Origin: Nemertoderma westbladi
Lineage: Eukaryota > Animalia > Xenacoelomorpha
Direction: 5' to 3'
NCBI GenBank assembly: GCA_032718475.1
Contig: JAUCBJ010008954.1
Coordinates: forward strand, 43,404 to 107,403
DNA length: 64,000 nucleotides
A program made the position numbers and the translations under genes. The notes beneath the pieces are model-generated. The model made no database searches, had not been told where the DNA came from, and saw only the letters and a program-made list of their open reading frames with translations. Positions 54,065 through 64,000 of the stretch are shown here, in pieces. Each line of letters begins with the position of its first letter. Within the stretch, counting starts at the first letter, position 1.

Positions 54065-54570
54065 GGTGACCTTTACCCCAAATCTATTTTATTTATTATA
54101 AATCTACTTGATAGCTTCTTAAACCCTGTTGTTCGAAAATATGACACTTTTTGTGCAGGTGCAGGGAATTTAGTGTCAAATATTTTCAGTGTTAGATGTC
54201 AAAAACGACAAACTGAGAAAAAGGTTGTTTTATACAAAGTCATATATATCAGCCAAAAAATACCACTGGTCTTGTTTGCTCAAATATTATGCGCATTATT
54301 GGTATCTGCTGTTTTTTACCTGGGGAAATTTTTTTCATTTTGCATATTTTTTGAAAAATATGATTGATTTCTTTATATAAAAAAAAAATAAAAGAAATTG
54401 TAAAAATTTCAAATTTTGAAAAGTCCTGTTTTTTTTGTGAAAAAAATCAGTCGATAGTGAAATCCGGTGTCTCCACACGAAAGCATTTTCATCAAACTAT
54501 AAAAACGAACTTTTTTGTATTTTTCGTAGAATTTTCGATAATTTCACTTTCATTTGGGGTAATGGTCCCC
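54065..54570. mobile_element. TTAA-flanked MITE (Kolobok/piggyBac-like)
   Basis: TTAA at 54061-64 and 54571-74. Imperfect TIR GG.GACC.TTACCCCAAAT. Confidence 0.7.
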
Positions 54571-55659
54571 TTAATTAATCTAAACCGTTAATGAATGCCA
54601 TTATTTCTCCAATTAATTGGAAGGTATAGCGCTGGTTCAACCCCCTGTGACGTGCTTCCTCATTTAAATCATTATTTCTCAATGTGTGCGTAGCGTACGT
54701 TACATTTAGTTAGTTACATATATATTTAGTTTAGTTGCGAAAAGGTAAATGGTGTTTTTGTTGGAAGACAATTTTTATCTAAGTCCTTATCACAAATTTT
54801 GCATTAAGGGTTTTTTTTTGTCAGGCATTGTCTTAAATAATGTCGTAATGAAATATTATATGAAAGTTATATTTTGTTAACTATATAGTATAGTAACAAT
54901 TTATTATTACTGTTATTGTTTTTTTCTTATAATTTATAATAACAACATGGTGTGGATTTGGATTGCCCCATGTGTAGCTAAGTTTTTTTAGTAGATGTAA
55001 GTTCTACTCTTGGTTACTGTATATAAAAAAACTAGAATATTTTTCCAGTCCCATTTTGTTCAGCTGGTATTTATTTGGTATCGAATCTGTCTGTACTCTA
55101 TACTTTCTTGATACTTTGTACTCCGTAGGCCCCCTTACTTAGGCCACGAAGGGGCCTCCTTTCTAGACTACATGTGTATCATAGGTAACTTACTTCCAAT
55201 TTGATGGTGTTAAATATCAGCTAATGATATTGTTTTTGTAAACCACCGCTGGTGGGTTGAAACAACTGATAATATATGATATTCACCTCTCTGTACACTA
55301 AACAGTATTAAATACCTGCTAAAGTATTATTAACATTGTTAAATGCCGCTAATAAATTATTTATTTACTATAAAATATATTATAATCAACTTTTTCAATC
55401 ATAATAATACAAACATCACATTTCTTCCGATAAATTATAACCTGATCAGCGATAGAGCTAATGTCTTGTTTTAGTTAGCATTAAGATATTCATAGTTTAG
55501 CATCCCTTATGCTTATACCCAGGTGACATCTCCTTTGCCGAAGTCAAGGCACACCATCGCTTTCACCATCACCATCACCTCATCGTTTTCCTTGCTTCTG
55601 TATTAAGTTAAGCAGTACGTTTCCTCAGCTTTCTCTTCTATGCCAATGATTTAGCTTTC

Positions 55660-55870
55660 CACTCCTCCAACAGTGGCGATATTCAGTGCGCTATCTCTGC
55701 TCTCCATAAATGGTGTGTTGAACGGCATGGGACGGTTTAATCTCACAAACACAAAAACAACAAAGTTCAGAAAGGGCGGTAGACTATCTGCAACTGATAA
55801 ATAAATTTATACGACGGGAACCCAGTGCAGATTACGAATCACTACAATTACCTCTTTGTAACACTACAAT
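55660..55870 (+). mobile_element. Highly decayed LINE RT fragment
   Basis: TKTTKFRKGGRLS resembles the post-RT segment of LINE ORF2. Confidence 0.35.
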
Positions 55871-57244
55871 CTCCATCTACTTCATTTGTCCCATCAAAAC
55901 AAAACAAAACTAAGTACTTTTGCAATTATTGGCTATATCAATCAACCATCTTCAGCTCCTCTCTATTAAAACCGGTCACGCAATATTCAACGTGAAAGTC
56001 GCCCCCGTCTCTATTTGCAATATCCGTTATTTATGACATTTAGTATCAATATTCAATAATTGAATACGAGTAGGAGTGATTTATTGATCGATTTAAATGA
56101 TTTTTGCCATGCTGAATTATTTCGATTGATATTGATCGATTTAAATAATGTTTCAAAACTGCATTATTTTGCATAATATTATTGGTTGATTTAAAACATG
56201 TCTTTGAATTATTTTGCCCCATTTATCGCTCCAAAATTTGAAAGGCCTCGACAAAATCAAAACTACTCAGATGAAAAGAAAGCTCGGCCTCCTCCACCCA
56301 TCTGCATTCTCTACACTAGCTATACGTATGGTCAATGAACCAAGTTTTGTATAATCAATCATCCTCCGAAGAGCTGACACACTCCGACCGACTCTCGCTC
56401 ATGTATGCTCTTCAACATACTTCAGCATATGCGATTCCTAACTGACTGGGTTTATGGACGGAACTATGACAAATTGCCCACGGATAATTACCCCCTAGGA
56501 CAATTTTGCCCCCCCCCCCCCGGACAATTGTTAATTGTCCACAGATATAAACAGAATATATTTTTTATCACTTGTAATCGTTTGAATGTTAGTACTGTGT
56601 CCTATAAATTTATAAGATAGTGGCGCACATTGACCGCAAGGAAAAATTGTGATCTTCAGTGCAAATTAACCGCAGGGAAATAAAGTCTCGTTTATTATTT
56701 TGATTAGAAAACAGCACCACTGAAACGAGCTCCTTTCCCAATGTTTTCAATCAAATTAACTTCATATTTCAAACCCACTAAACATACATTTGGTGTTTGC
56801 AGTCACTTTGCGCCATTGAGTCAGCGAAATGCTTCAGTTAGGAAATATCGGAATTATTGAGCATATAAATAAGCAAATATGAATTTTTAAAATTAAATGA
56901 GACGGGCTTAGCTACTTAAAATTTGTGGGGCGAGCCACGAAAGTAAGCGAGCATAGCATGCGGGTACCACTAACTCAATAGGTGTGTATGTCGCGTTCAA
57001 TTTTAAACGTTAATTTCTCGGCCAATCCTCGATGAAATCTAACCAAACTTTGTACACGTCATGTTATTTGGTAAAAGTTTAGAAATTTTCCATGTTGAAT
57101 TTGCGTGTGGCCTTGATTACGGTAAGAAAACAGCATTTTTCTGTCAGCCCTTTAATGGAAATTAATTATTTTCCAGTATAGATTTAAATAATTATACTTA
57201 AATTACTAAAAAACAATAATAACAAAGCAAGAAAACTAGGGGTG

Positions 57245-57478
57245 GGGGTGCAGGAGGCGGATAGCGTCTGGGCAAGGTGGCTGGGCGCCAGTGGTTCCGC
57301 CACCGTCGCGTCCCACGTGAGGAACCGTCCGCGGCTCCACGCGACCAGGGTGACGCCATCTACTCGCTTCCCGTCCCATCTACACAAGCGTAGTGGATCA
57401 AGCGTAGCGGGGACGCCACAGCTGATGAGCGCGCGGCGCACAATGTCGTTCAACATTGAGTGGCGCGTAAGTCTGCCA
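57245..57478 (-). mobile_element. CRE-like non-LTR retrotransposon fragment (restriction-like endonuclease)
   Basis: HSMLNDIVRRAL..DGKRVDGVTLVAWSRGRFLTWDATVAEPLAPSHL matches the RPDG..WD.T pattern. Confidence 0.7.
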
Positions 57479-58064
57479 ACTTAAAAATTATACAATTGTA
57501 ATCCCCATACCCCATTCCATTATAGTTTTCAATTAGTGCAAGTGATTTACTTAAAGAAATGTGTTTTTAATTGATCTAAACGTAATTAACTTATAAAATG
57601 CCCCATCTCTCCACACCCTATACTTCCAGCTCTCCCATTCCATGGCTGGCGTGCTTGCTATTGCCTAGCTGGGAACCAGTCAAACCCACTTTACCACTAC
57701 TCGAGCCAGGGAAAGAGTAATTACATCTGTATGACATGCAACAGTGTAGTAAAGAGCCAGACTAATAAGACAGCTTGCAAAATGATTGGCTGAGTATTTA
57801 ATCGTGATTCTTTATAGAATAGAATTCGTAGAATAATAGCTATCAATTTCGTTGAGGTGTTGACGTGGTAAATTAATATTTCAGTATCAATACTATCGGC
57901 ATTAGCTAAGTTTTAATATTTCTTACAAATTGTGTCGCCTCCACGCTAATAACTATTTACATCATTGTGTGCAAAGTAGCTTCGCTTTATTTCATTTAGG
58001 GGGAATTGTGGGAGAAGAACCATTTACAAACTACAAACAGTGTTTTTTTTAATATACAAAATGG

Positions 58065-58280
58065 CCCATGTGAAGTTTTCACCAAAAACACAGGTTACAG
58101 AAGGGCTGAATTTAACCAAATCAATAAACGAATTAGTATATGTACAGGTTGTAAGACAGAAATAAGCTCTATAAAACACTTAATAAAGATAAATTTAAAA
58201 AAGTACATCTTCTTCATATTATATAAAATTACAAAAAAATGTCGACCGAAAAGTGAAAACCTGATATTCTTCAAATGGGG
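58065..58280. mobile_element. Second copy of the 42119-42340 MITE
   Basis: Shared interior CAGGTTACAGAAGGGCTGAAT...GTCGACCGAAAAGTGAAA. Confidence 0.7.
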
Positions 58281-59763
58281 GTACAAAATTGTGTACAATT
58301 GTACAGCCGGCACTTTGCCCAATGTTTCGTTTTTCGTTAATAGGCTGCCCTGTATAGGCGCGTATTTTATTACAACAATATTGATAGAAATGGATCCGTC
58401 CATTATTGCCAACTCTCGGCTGGCAAGCTTGTTGTTATTGTTGTACTGTAACAAGTTGTTTGTTATTTCTAACTTGGTAGTTAGGAATAACGTTTGGTGG
58501 GTGAGTGTCATTGGGGAGAAATTATTGTCCGGGGTGCACTCGTCCGCAGTAGGCAATTATCCTCGGGGGGAATTATCCGGGGGCTAGTCCGGGGCCAATT
58601 ATTATCCTATCACGATTATGGAAATTATTTAAATCCAACAAATTGTTCGGTTGGTCTCCTCCCACTCTTATGGGTCTTATCTGTTATAGTTATAAAAGTA
58701 CCACCACCAACGAGTTGTATGAGTCGACTACAGTATAAAGTTGTTTGTGATGATTATACAGACACTGTGTGGGCAGACTATACACTAGTCTAGGGTGTGA
58801 GCGGATCAGACTATATATAAATACAGTACTATAAAGTTGTCTGAGAGTATTATAAAATTGGTTTAGAGTATTATAAAGTTGTGTTTATCCATATATTTGA
58901 TCGATTATGACAGCATAAATGTAGCATATTTGCACTATACGTAAAGAATATCCTCGTAAGGGAAACGCTAATAATGAGTAATTAGTTAAATGATAATTAG
59001 TTGCAAATTAAATAATTTCTGGAATATTTGCATACGTGAGGAATGCATAAAATTTATTAGTAAACTAAAAACTATTACTGTTGTATAATAATAGCCACCT
59101 AATAAATATCTTAGTCTGAAATTATTCATGATATAAATAATTGATAATGGTCTAAATTTGTACTATACCAGTTGATTCGGTTTGGATTACTTTACTAAAT
59201 AACATTTTCTACACAGAAATAAAATAATAACGCTATTTCATTTTCGTGTATTACGCACTCGTATTTACGTAAATTGCATCCCCCTTCTCGAAATTACTGC
59301 GCCTCCAAGCACTTCTCCCGCGTCGTCTAGGGGGGTCGCGAGTTGCGCGTCTCACCGCTGATTGGTTGGACGGATCCATGGTAAACTCGCCTCTCAAAGG
59401 CCGACGACTGGATTTCTCGTCGTATTTCTCAACTATAACCAAAAATTACATCAAACCTAGAGATGCACGGCATGGCGCGAACCAGGGGTAGTTCCGATAC
59501 TATGTGACAGTTTATCTCTCTAGGGAGATAAAGAGCCATCATAAATCCTGCTACTTCCTCTAGAATTCGGATAGAAAGTCAATTTTAAAGAGTAACAAAC
59601 AAGTAATCGGTACACTCCGCATTTTCTAATGCTTACATTGTATTAAATAACCACAACCACAGAAACTGGTCATAAAAAATATAAAACCTAAACCATATTT
59701 ATATCTAGGTTGAAACAAGAAGGAAAAGTAATACATTATTGCATAAATAAATAAAGTCCACCT

Positions 59764-60005
59764 TAGGCGTCGTCCATAAATGACATCACTTCCGGTATAA
59801 CGGGGATGATGAAGGAAATGTTATCATATGATACAATTATTTTCTATATTATAATTTGGATCCACTAGTCTTTACTAATATAATTGAGCTCTGAACGACG
59901 TTGTGATTGTAATTATCTTTTTTTAATTCAATGATAAACAATTGTTTTATAATCAATAATGTGTTTGATAATGATGAGAAAAAAAATGAATGACGGACGA
60001 GCCTA
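59764..60005. mobile_element. Putative Harbinger-like MITE
   Basis: TAGGCGTCGTCCATAAATGACATCAC ... ATGACGGACGAGCCTA imperfect termini. Confidence 0.4.
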
Positions 60006-60107
60006 AGGGGAAACTCAATTTATATAACCTGTGAAGCGATAAGCGAATTTATTGAATGAAAACGAGAAAAATAAAGTATAATATTAGCAAACAAGCCTCA
60101 ATGAGCG

Positions 60108-62219
60108 TCAGTTTTTTGTATTGGGAATAAAATACTTAGGGGTTCCCATGTGGTACCGGTTTAGAGGCCCCGAGTTATGGCCGTAACTGAAACCCCCGAA
60201 GGCCGAACTGAACCGACGCGACTCGGCTACGTGTTCCTCGCTCACCGTCGTCACCATATCGGGTTCGCTCCTGGATCCGGGCAGGGCGAACCTCCCCAAC
60301 TGAACCTCCGTGTCGCTCAGCGCCCCGTGCGATATCCTCGCGTACCCGACCCGCACCAACCGGTTGTACAGGACGTACAGACACCAACGCTGAGCGTCGC
60401 TCGGGTCGATGTCCCGAAGATTCCCGTTAATGGTCATCTCGTTGTAATCCCGCCCGCCCGGTTTGGACGTGAGATACCCGACGTAGACGATAGGGAGTCG
60501 AGAGTTTCTCGTCAACTTCGCGATGTATTTGGCCTGGAGTTCCCGGTCGAGATTGTCCCTATGGTTACCGAAATGCGCCGTAACGATCTCAACCTTTTCT
60601 CCCAACACATCGATGACAGCGCTGATCCCTGGAGCTAACTCCCCCTCGGGAGACGGGAGCAGATGATGCTTACTGCTCACTATAGGGTACCTACTGAGCA
60701 ACATCACTCCCCACGTGTGGTCCTTAGTGGATGGCCCGAAGTCGCAGTACCAGCCTAGAGATTCCTCGAAATAGGCGCAGTTGTCGTTGTTACCCATAAA
60801 GGGTTTCGATGAGTCGGACTCGATTACGGAGAATACGTCGGCCTCGGTCTCCCGGATGAGTTGCACGGCGGCTCCGATGTTTGGGAACCCGTCATTACGA
60901 TAACCCAGACGGAACGCCCAGACGCCCACAGTGAGCGAGTCCCGACCAGTCTGCCCGGACGATTTCTTTACGAGATTCGGATAGCGAAATGCGAAACCAG
61001 CGGCTCCCAAGAGGAATACACCGATAGTTAGAACTTTTATTAGTTTATAGACCTTCGATTTTGAGGGAAATTCGAGATTCGAGTTTTCTGGTTTCAGTTT
61101 GTAACTGAAGAGACCTAGGAATATGGTTACCATCGCGACTAGTACTACCACGTCGGTGCGTTCGCGAGCGTAGATCCCGTAAGGGACGAAGTTGTAAGCG
61201 GTGACCCAAACGAGAGCGACGCCGCCGAGGAGTTTGGTAGCGAGGGCGGCTAATATGGTGGGGGCTGGGGCGCACTGGGAGGCCCGTTGGTACAGGGCCG
61301 GGGCACTAAGGGCGAGGTAGAGAACGAGGAAGATCCCAGCGAGGAAACAGGGGTAGGAGCGAGTGTAGAGGAGGACGAGGGAGGAGAGCAACGCGAGGAA
61401 CCAACCGAGTGGTTGGGAGGCGAGGGATGGTCGGATGAGTCCCAGGAGGAGCCCGAGGACGGAGGCGAAGAGGACCAGTAAGCCGTGGGGGTTGGGGACC
61501 GCACCGCGGTTGGGGTAAGGAGTGCCGCACCAACGGCAGAGAACAGACACCTCGTTACAGAACACCCACTGTAGGAACATAGAGGAACCAACAGACACGC
61601 CGGAGATGAACCAATGCTGGTTTGTGCGGGGCGATCCCGTCTGCTCAGAAGAGGCGTCAGTCTCAGCTTGAGAACCTTTTATAACCTCAGGCTCATCTTC
61701 AACTCGGAAATCATCTTCAACAATAGCGATAGAAGCAAAGAAAGCGATGGCGGTGATGAACTTATTCATCTTTTGGTGGAGGTACAAAGGATTGAAGCTA
61801 ACGAACCAAATACGAAACGTTTGAAGAAGTAGACCCCCCAACATTAACCCCCAGAAAAAGGATTTCCTTTTGTTGGCATCTTTATTCCACAGCGACACGC
61901 ACAAGAGAATTGCCATGAAGGCGTTGCCAACGGCAACCACGACCATCCGTTTGTAAACGTCCGGGGCGTGAAACGATGCGATGCCAAGGAGACAAGATAG
62001 ACGGAGGAACGCGGTACCATAACGAGAAGAGAAGGAACGATACAACGCAGGGATGGCGAGCACCAGTGGGGCGAACCAAACGGCGAACACAGCCTCGTAC
62101 CCGGTAGGGCCCAGTGCGTCCTGCGCGTACATCCATACCGGGGGGACTAACCCATCGAAGGTGGACAAGTAAACATACCCCAGAAAAGTTTCGGTAAGTA
62201 GCCGCACTGTCGGTCTCAT
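60108..62219 (-). CDS. CWH43: CWH43/PGAP2-interacting protein (GPI-anchor lipid remodelling), intronless, 703 aa
   Basis: Multi-TM N-terminal half (WVTAYNFVPYG.YARE) followed by an EEP-like domain: ESDSSKPFMGNND, DFGPSTKDHTWG, HHLLPSPEGELAP, HFGN, RWCLY, SDTEVQ. Confidence 0.9.
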   Translation of the reverse strand: MRPTVRLLTETFLGYVYLSTFDGLVPPVWMYAQDALGPTGYEAVFAVWFAPLVLAIPALYRSFSSRYGTAFLRLSCLLGIASFHAPDVYKRMVVVAVGNAFMAILLCVSLWNKDANKRKSFFWGLMLGGLLLQTFRIWFVSFNPLYLHQKMNKFITAIAFFASIAIVEDDFRVEDEPEVIKGSQAETDASSEQTGSPRTNQHWFISGVSVGSSMFLQWVFCNEVSVLCRWCGTPYPNRGAVPNPHGLLVLFASVLGLLLGLIRPSLASQPLGWFLALLSSLVLLYTRSYPCFLAGIFLVLYLALSAPALYQRASQCAPAPTILAALATKLLGGVALVWVTAYNFVPYGIYARERTDVVVLVAMVTIFLGLFSYKLKPENSNLEFPSKSKVYKLIKVLTIGVFLLGAAGFAFRYPNLVKKSSGQTGRDSLTVGVWAFRLGYRNDGFPNIGAAVQLIRETEADVFSVIESDSSKPFMGNNDNCAYFEESLGWYCDFGPSTKDHTWGVMLLSRYPIVSSKHHLLPSPEGELAPGISAVIDVLGEKVEIVTAHFGNHRDNLDRELQAKYIAKLTRNSRLPIVYVGYLTSKPGGRDYNEMTINGNLRDIDPSDAQRWCLYVLYNRLVRVGYARISHGALSDTEVQLGRFALPGSRSEPDMVTTVSEEHVAESRRFSSAFGGFSYGHNSGPLNRYHMGTPKYFIPNTKN

Positions 62220-62647
62220 TTGGGAATATAATATATAATATATTATTAATCAAGTAAATTCAGAAATTATAATATCAGAAGTAGTCCTCTTACGCCCCTA
62301 CGGTAGCCCTACTGCCCTAGGTTGCGCTGCAAGCCTTAATGGATAACTTCCGGCTGTCTGGTACAGTCACAGTACAAGGTAAAGCGTTAACCAAACGAAT
62401 ATTCGAAATTGAATAAACACCCAACAGCCCAACCTGCGATCGACAGTCGACAGATCGACTGACCGGCCAGGCTGGAAAATGTTTGCAAAAATTAGAACGC
62501 GTTGTGGGTGCGCGGCGCGTGCGCGTGCGCGGAAAAGGCCAAAAATGTGCGCCGTGTGTCAACAGAGCAAGCCACATGTGCGCCAGTGCGCGCTTGCGCA
62601 CACACGGTGTGTCTGTGTGTGTGTCAGTGTGTGCGCTCTTGCGCACC

Positions 62648-62924
62648 AAAAATTACCTGTTTTCTAAACATATGCTTAAAACATTTGTAAGTGCGGAAAT
62701 TTTAATTGACAATTTAATATAAAACAATAAAATTTAAAATCATTAAACTGCAAATCTCGAGTGCGCATATTGAAAGCACCCGACCCCCTTAAATGGGGCC
62801 GGTCTTTATGTCGTCGTAAGCATTCGTGGCAGGTTACAGGTTATTTCAACTATTTCGTTTCAACAATTCGGTTTCCGTACTTACATATGTTTTAAGCATA
62901 TGTTTAGAAAAACAGGTAATTTTT
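62648..62924. repeat. ~38-bp inverted repeat pair upstream of CWH43
   Basis: AAAAATTACCTGTTTTCTAAACATATGCTTAAAACAT, with its inverted copy at 62888-62924. Confidence 0.7.
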
Positions 62925-64000
62925 TAGTTCAAAATTTATTACTTTTATAGGCCTACAGCCTATCATATCACTATTACTTGGCGATGTAAAACATAATACA
63001 TGTAGGCCTACTGTAAGTAATTTAACACAACTTTCGATGAATAACAATAATTACGGTATTTTTTACATGGGAAAAAAAGTAGAACTTTGCTCAAATTACT
63101 TGCAAACCTTTCCTACTGCGATGCTCTTTCAACATATTCCACTAAAAATACAGTATTTTACTTTATTTTTTTCGCCGAGAAAAAAAGTAAAATCAAAGCA
63201 ATCCTATTGATTAATTTTTTTCCCTAGTGAAAAAAGTATAACTTTTTCTCCCGATTTTGGGGTATATTCGATTCGAGCGAAAAAGTAACAATTTAAGAAT
63301 AAAAGTATTTATTTGTTGAAGGTCACTTTTTTTGTCAAATAATTACTTCGTTGTTTATTACAGTCTGACAGTAGGCCTATATACAATCCGCTATAATTAC
63401 AAATTCAATGCAATTTCGATTTACATTTCACTATTCTACAGATTTAATGTGTCAATTTTCACCCAAGCAGCATAGTAGGCTAATGTTGTGCACATTGCCA
63501 GGCTTATCGACAGTTTCCTTGCTTGTCATGCTCTTTTTGTATATCTTCTTACTTTTAACCAGTTAACTGCACCTATTTCAGCATAAATATCATCCATTGA
63601 TGTTTCTTCCATTGTCAGATTGTGAAATAGCAAATAGGTAATGAGGAAATTAAAAATAACTATTTATTGTACGGTAAATAAAATATGTTTTATTTATTTA
63701 CCAACCGTGCGCAGCGAGGGAGGTTAATAAGTCAGATCGAAGGGCAATAAGTTAAATATAATGCAGAAAATAATGTGTTTTATTTATCGTACAATATGTA
63801 GTTTTATTGTTAAAATCATAATTATTATTATAATTATTAAAAAATATTATTGTTTAATAAGTAATTAAACATCACTGAACATTGCGCCAGTCGCACCTCG
63901 CATCGCAATTATTCTTCGTCCTTATTGTGATTTGTTGATATCAATGGAAAGTTGTCGTTGCAAGGATTCCAAATTTGTAAATAACTATTAAAATGTCATT

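Noticed and set aside
56458-58612. One 2.1-kb element bounded by GGACAATT/AATTGTCC-type subterminal repeats
   Set aside because: The inverted motifs are suggestive, but no clear TIR or TSD could be defined.

Overview
This window is eukaryotic (metazoan, probably invertebrate) genomic DNA, not prokaryotic. It is dominated by a 12-exon pecanex gene on the minus strand (41275->7060). The splice phases chain consistently and give about 2497 aa. Also present are a selenoprotein F gene with an in-frame UGA (C-K-U motif), an intronless CWH43/PGAP2IP-like gene, and an unrecognised 1320-aa ORF built of three ~444-aa repeats. Mobile DNA includes RTE-clade LINE copies, a Sola2-like DNA transposon with TIRs and a TSD, several MITEs/foldbacks and tRNA-derived SINE heads. 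The most striking pattern is three unrelated tandem arrays (20, 37 and 21 bp units) in three pecanex introns. Each array is an amplification of that intron's own exon/intron junction, so the real splice site sits at the end of tens to over a hundred near-identical decoy sites. In two of the arrays, use of a decoy creates an immediate stop codon; the third array is open in frame for about 500 codons. All calls come from reading the sequence by eye; no database search was run.
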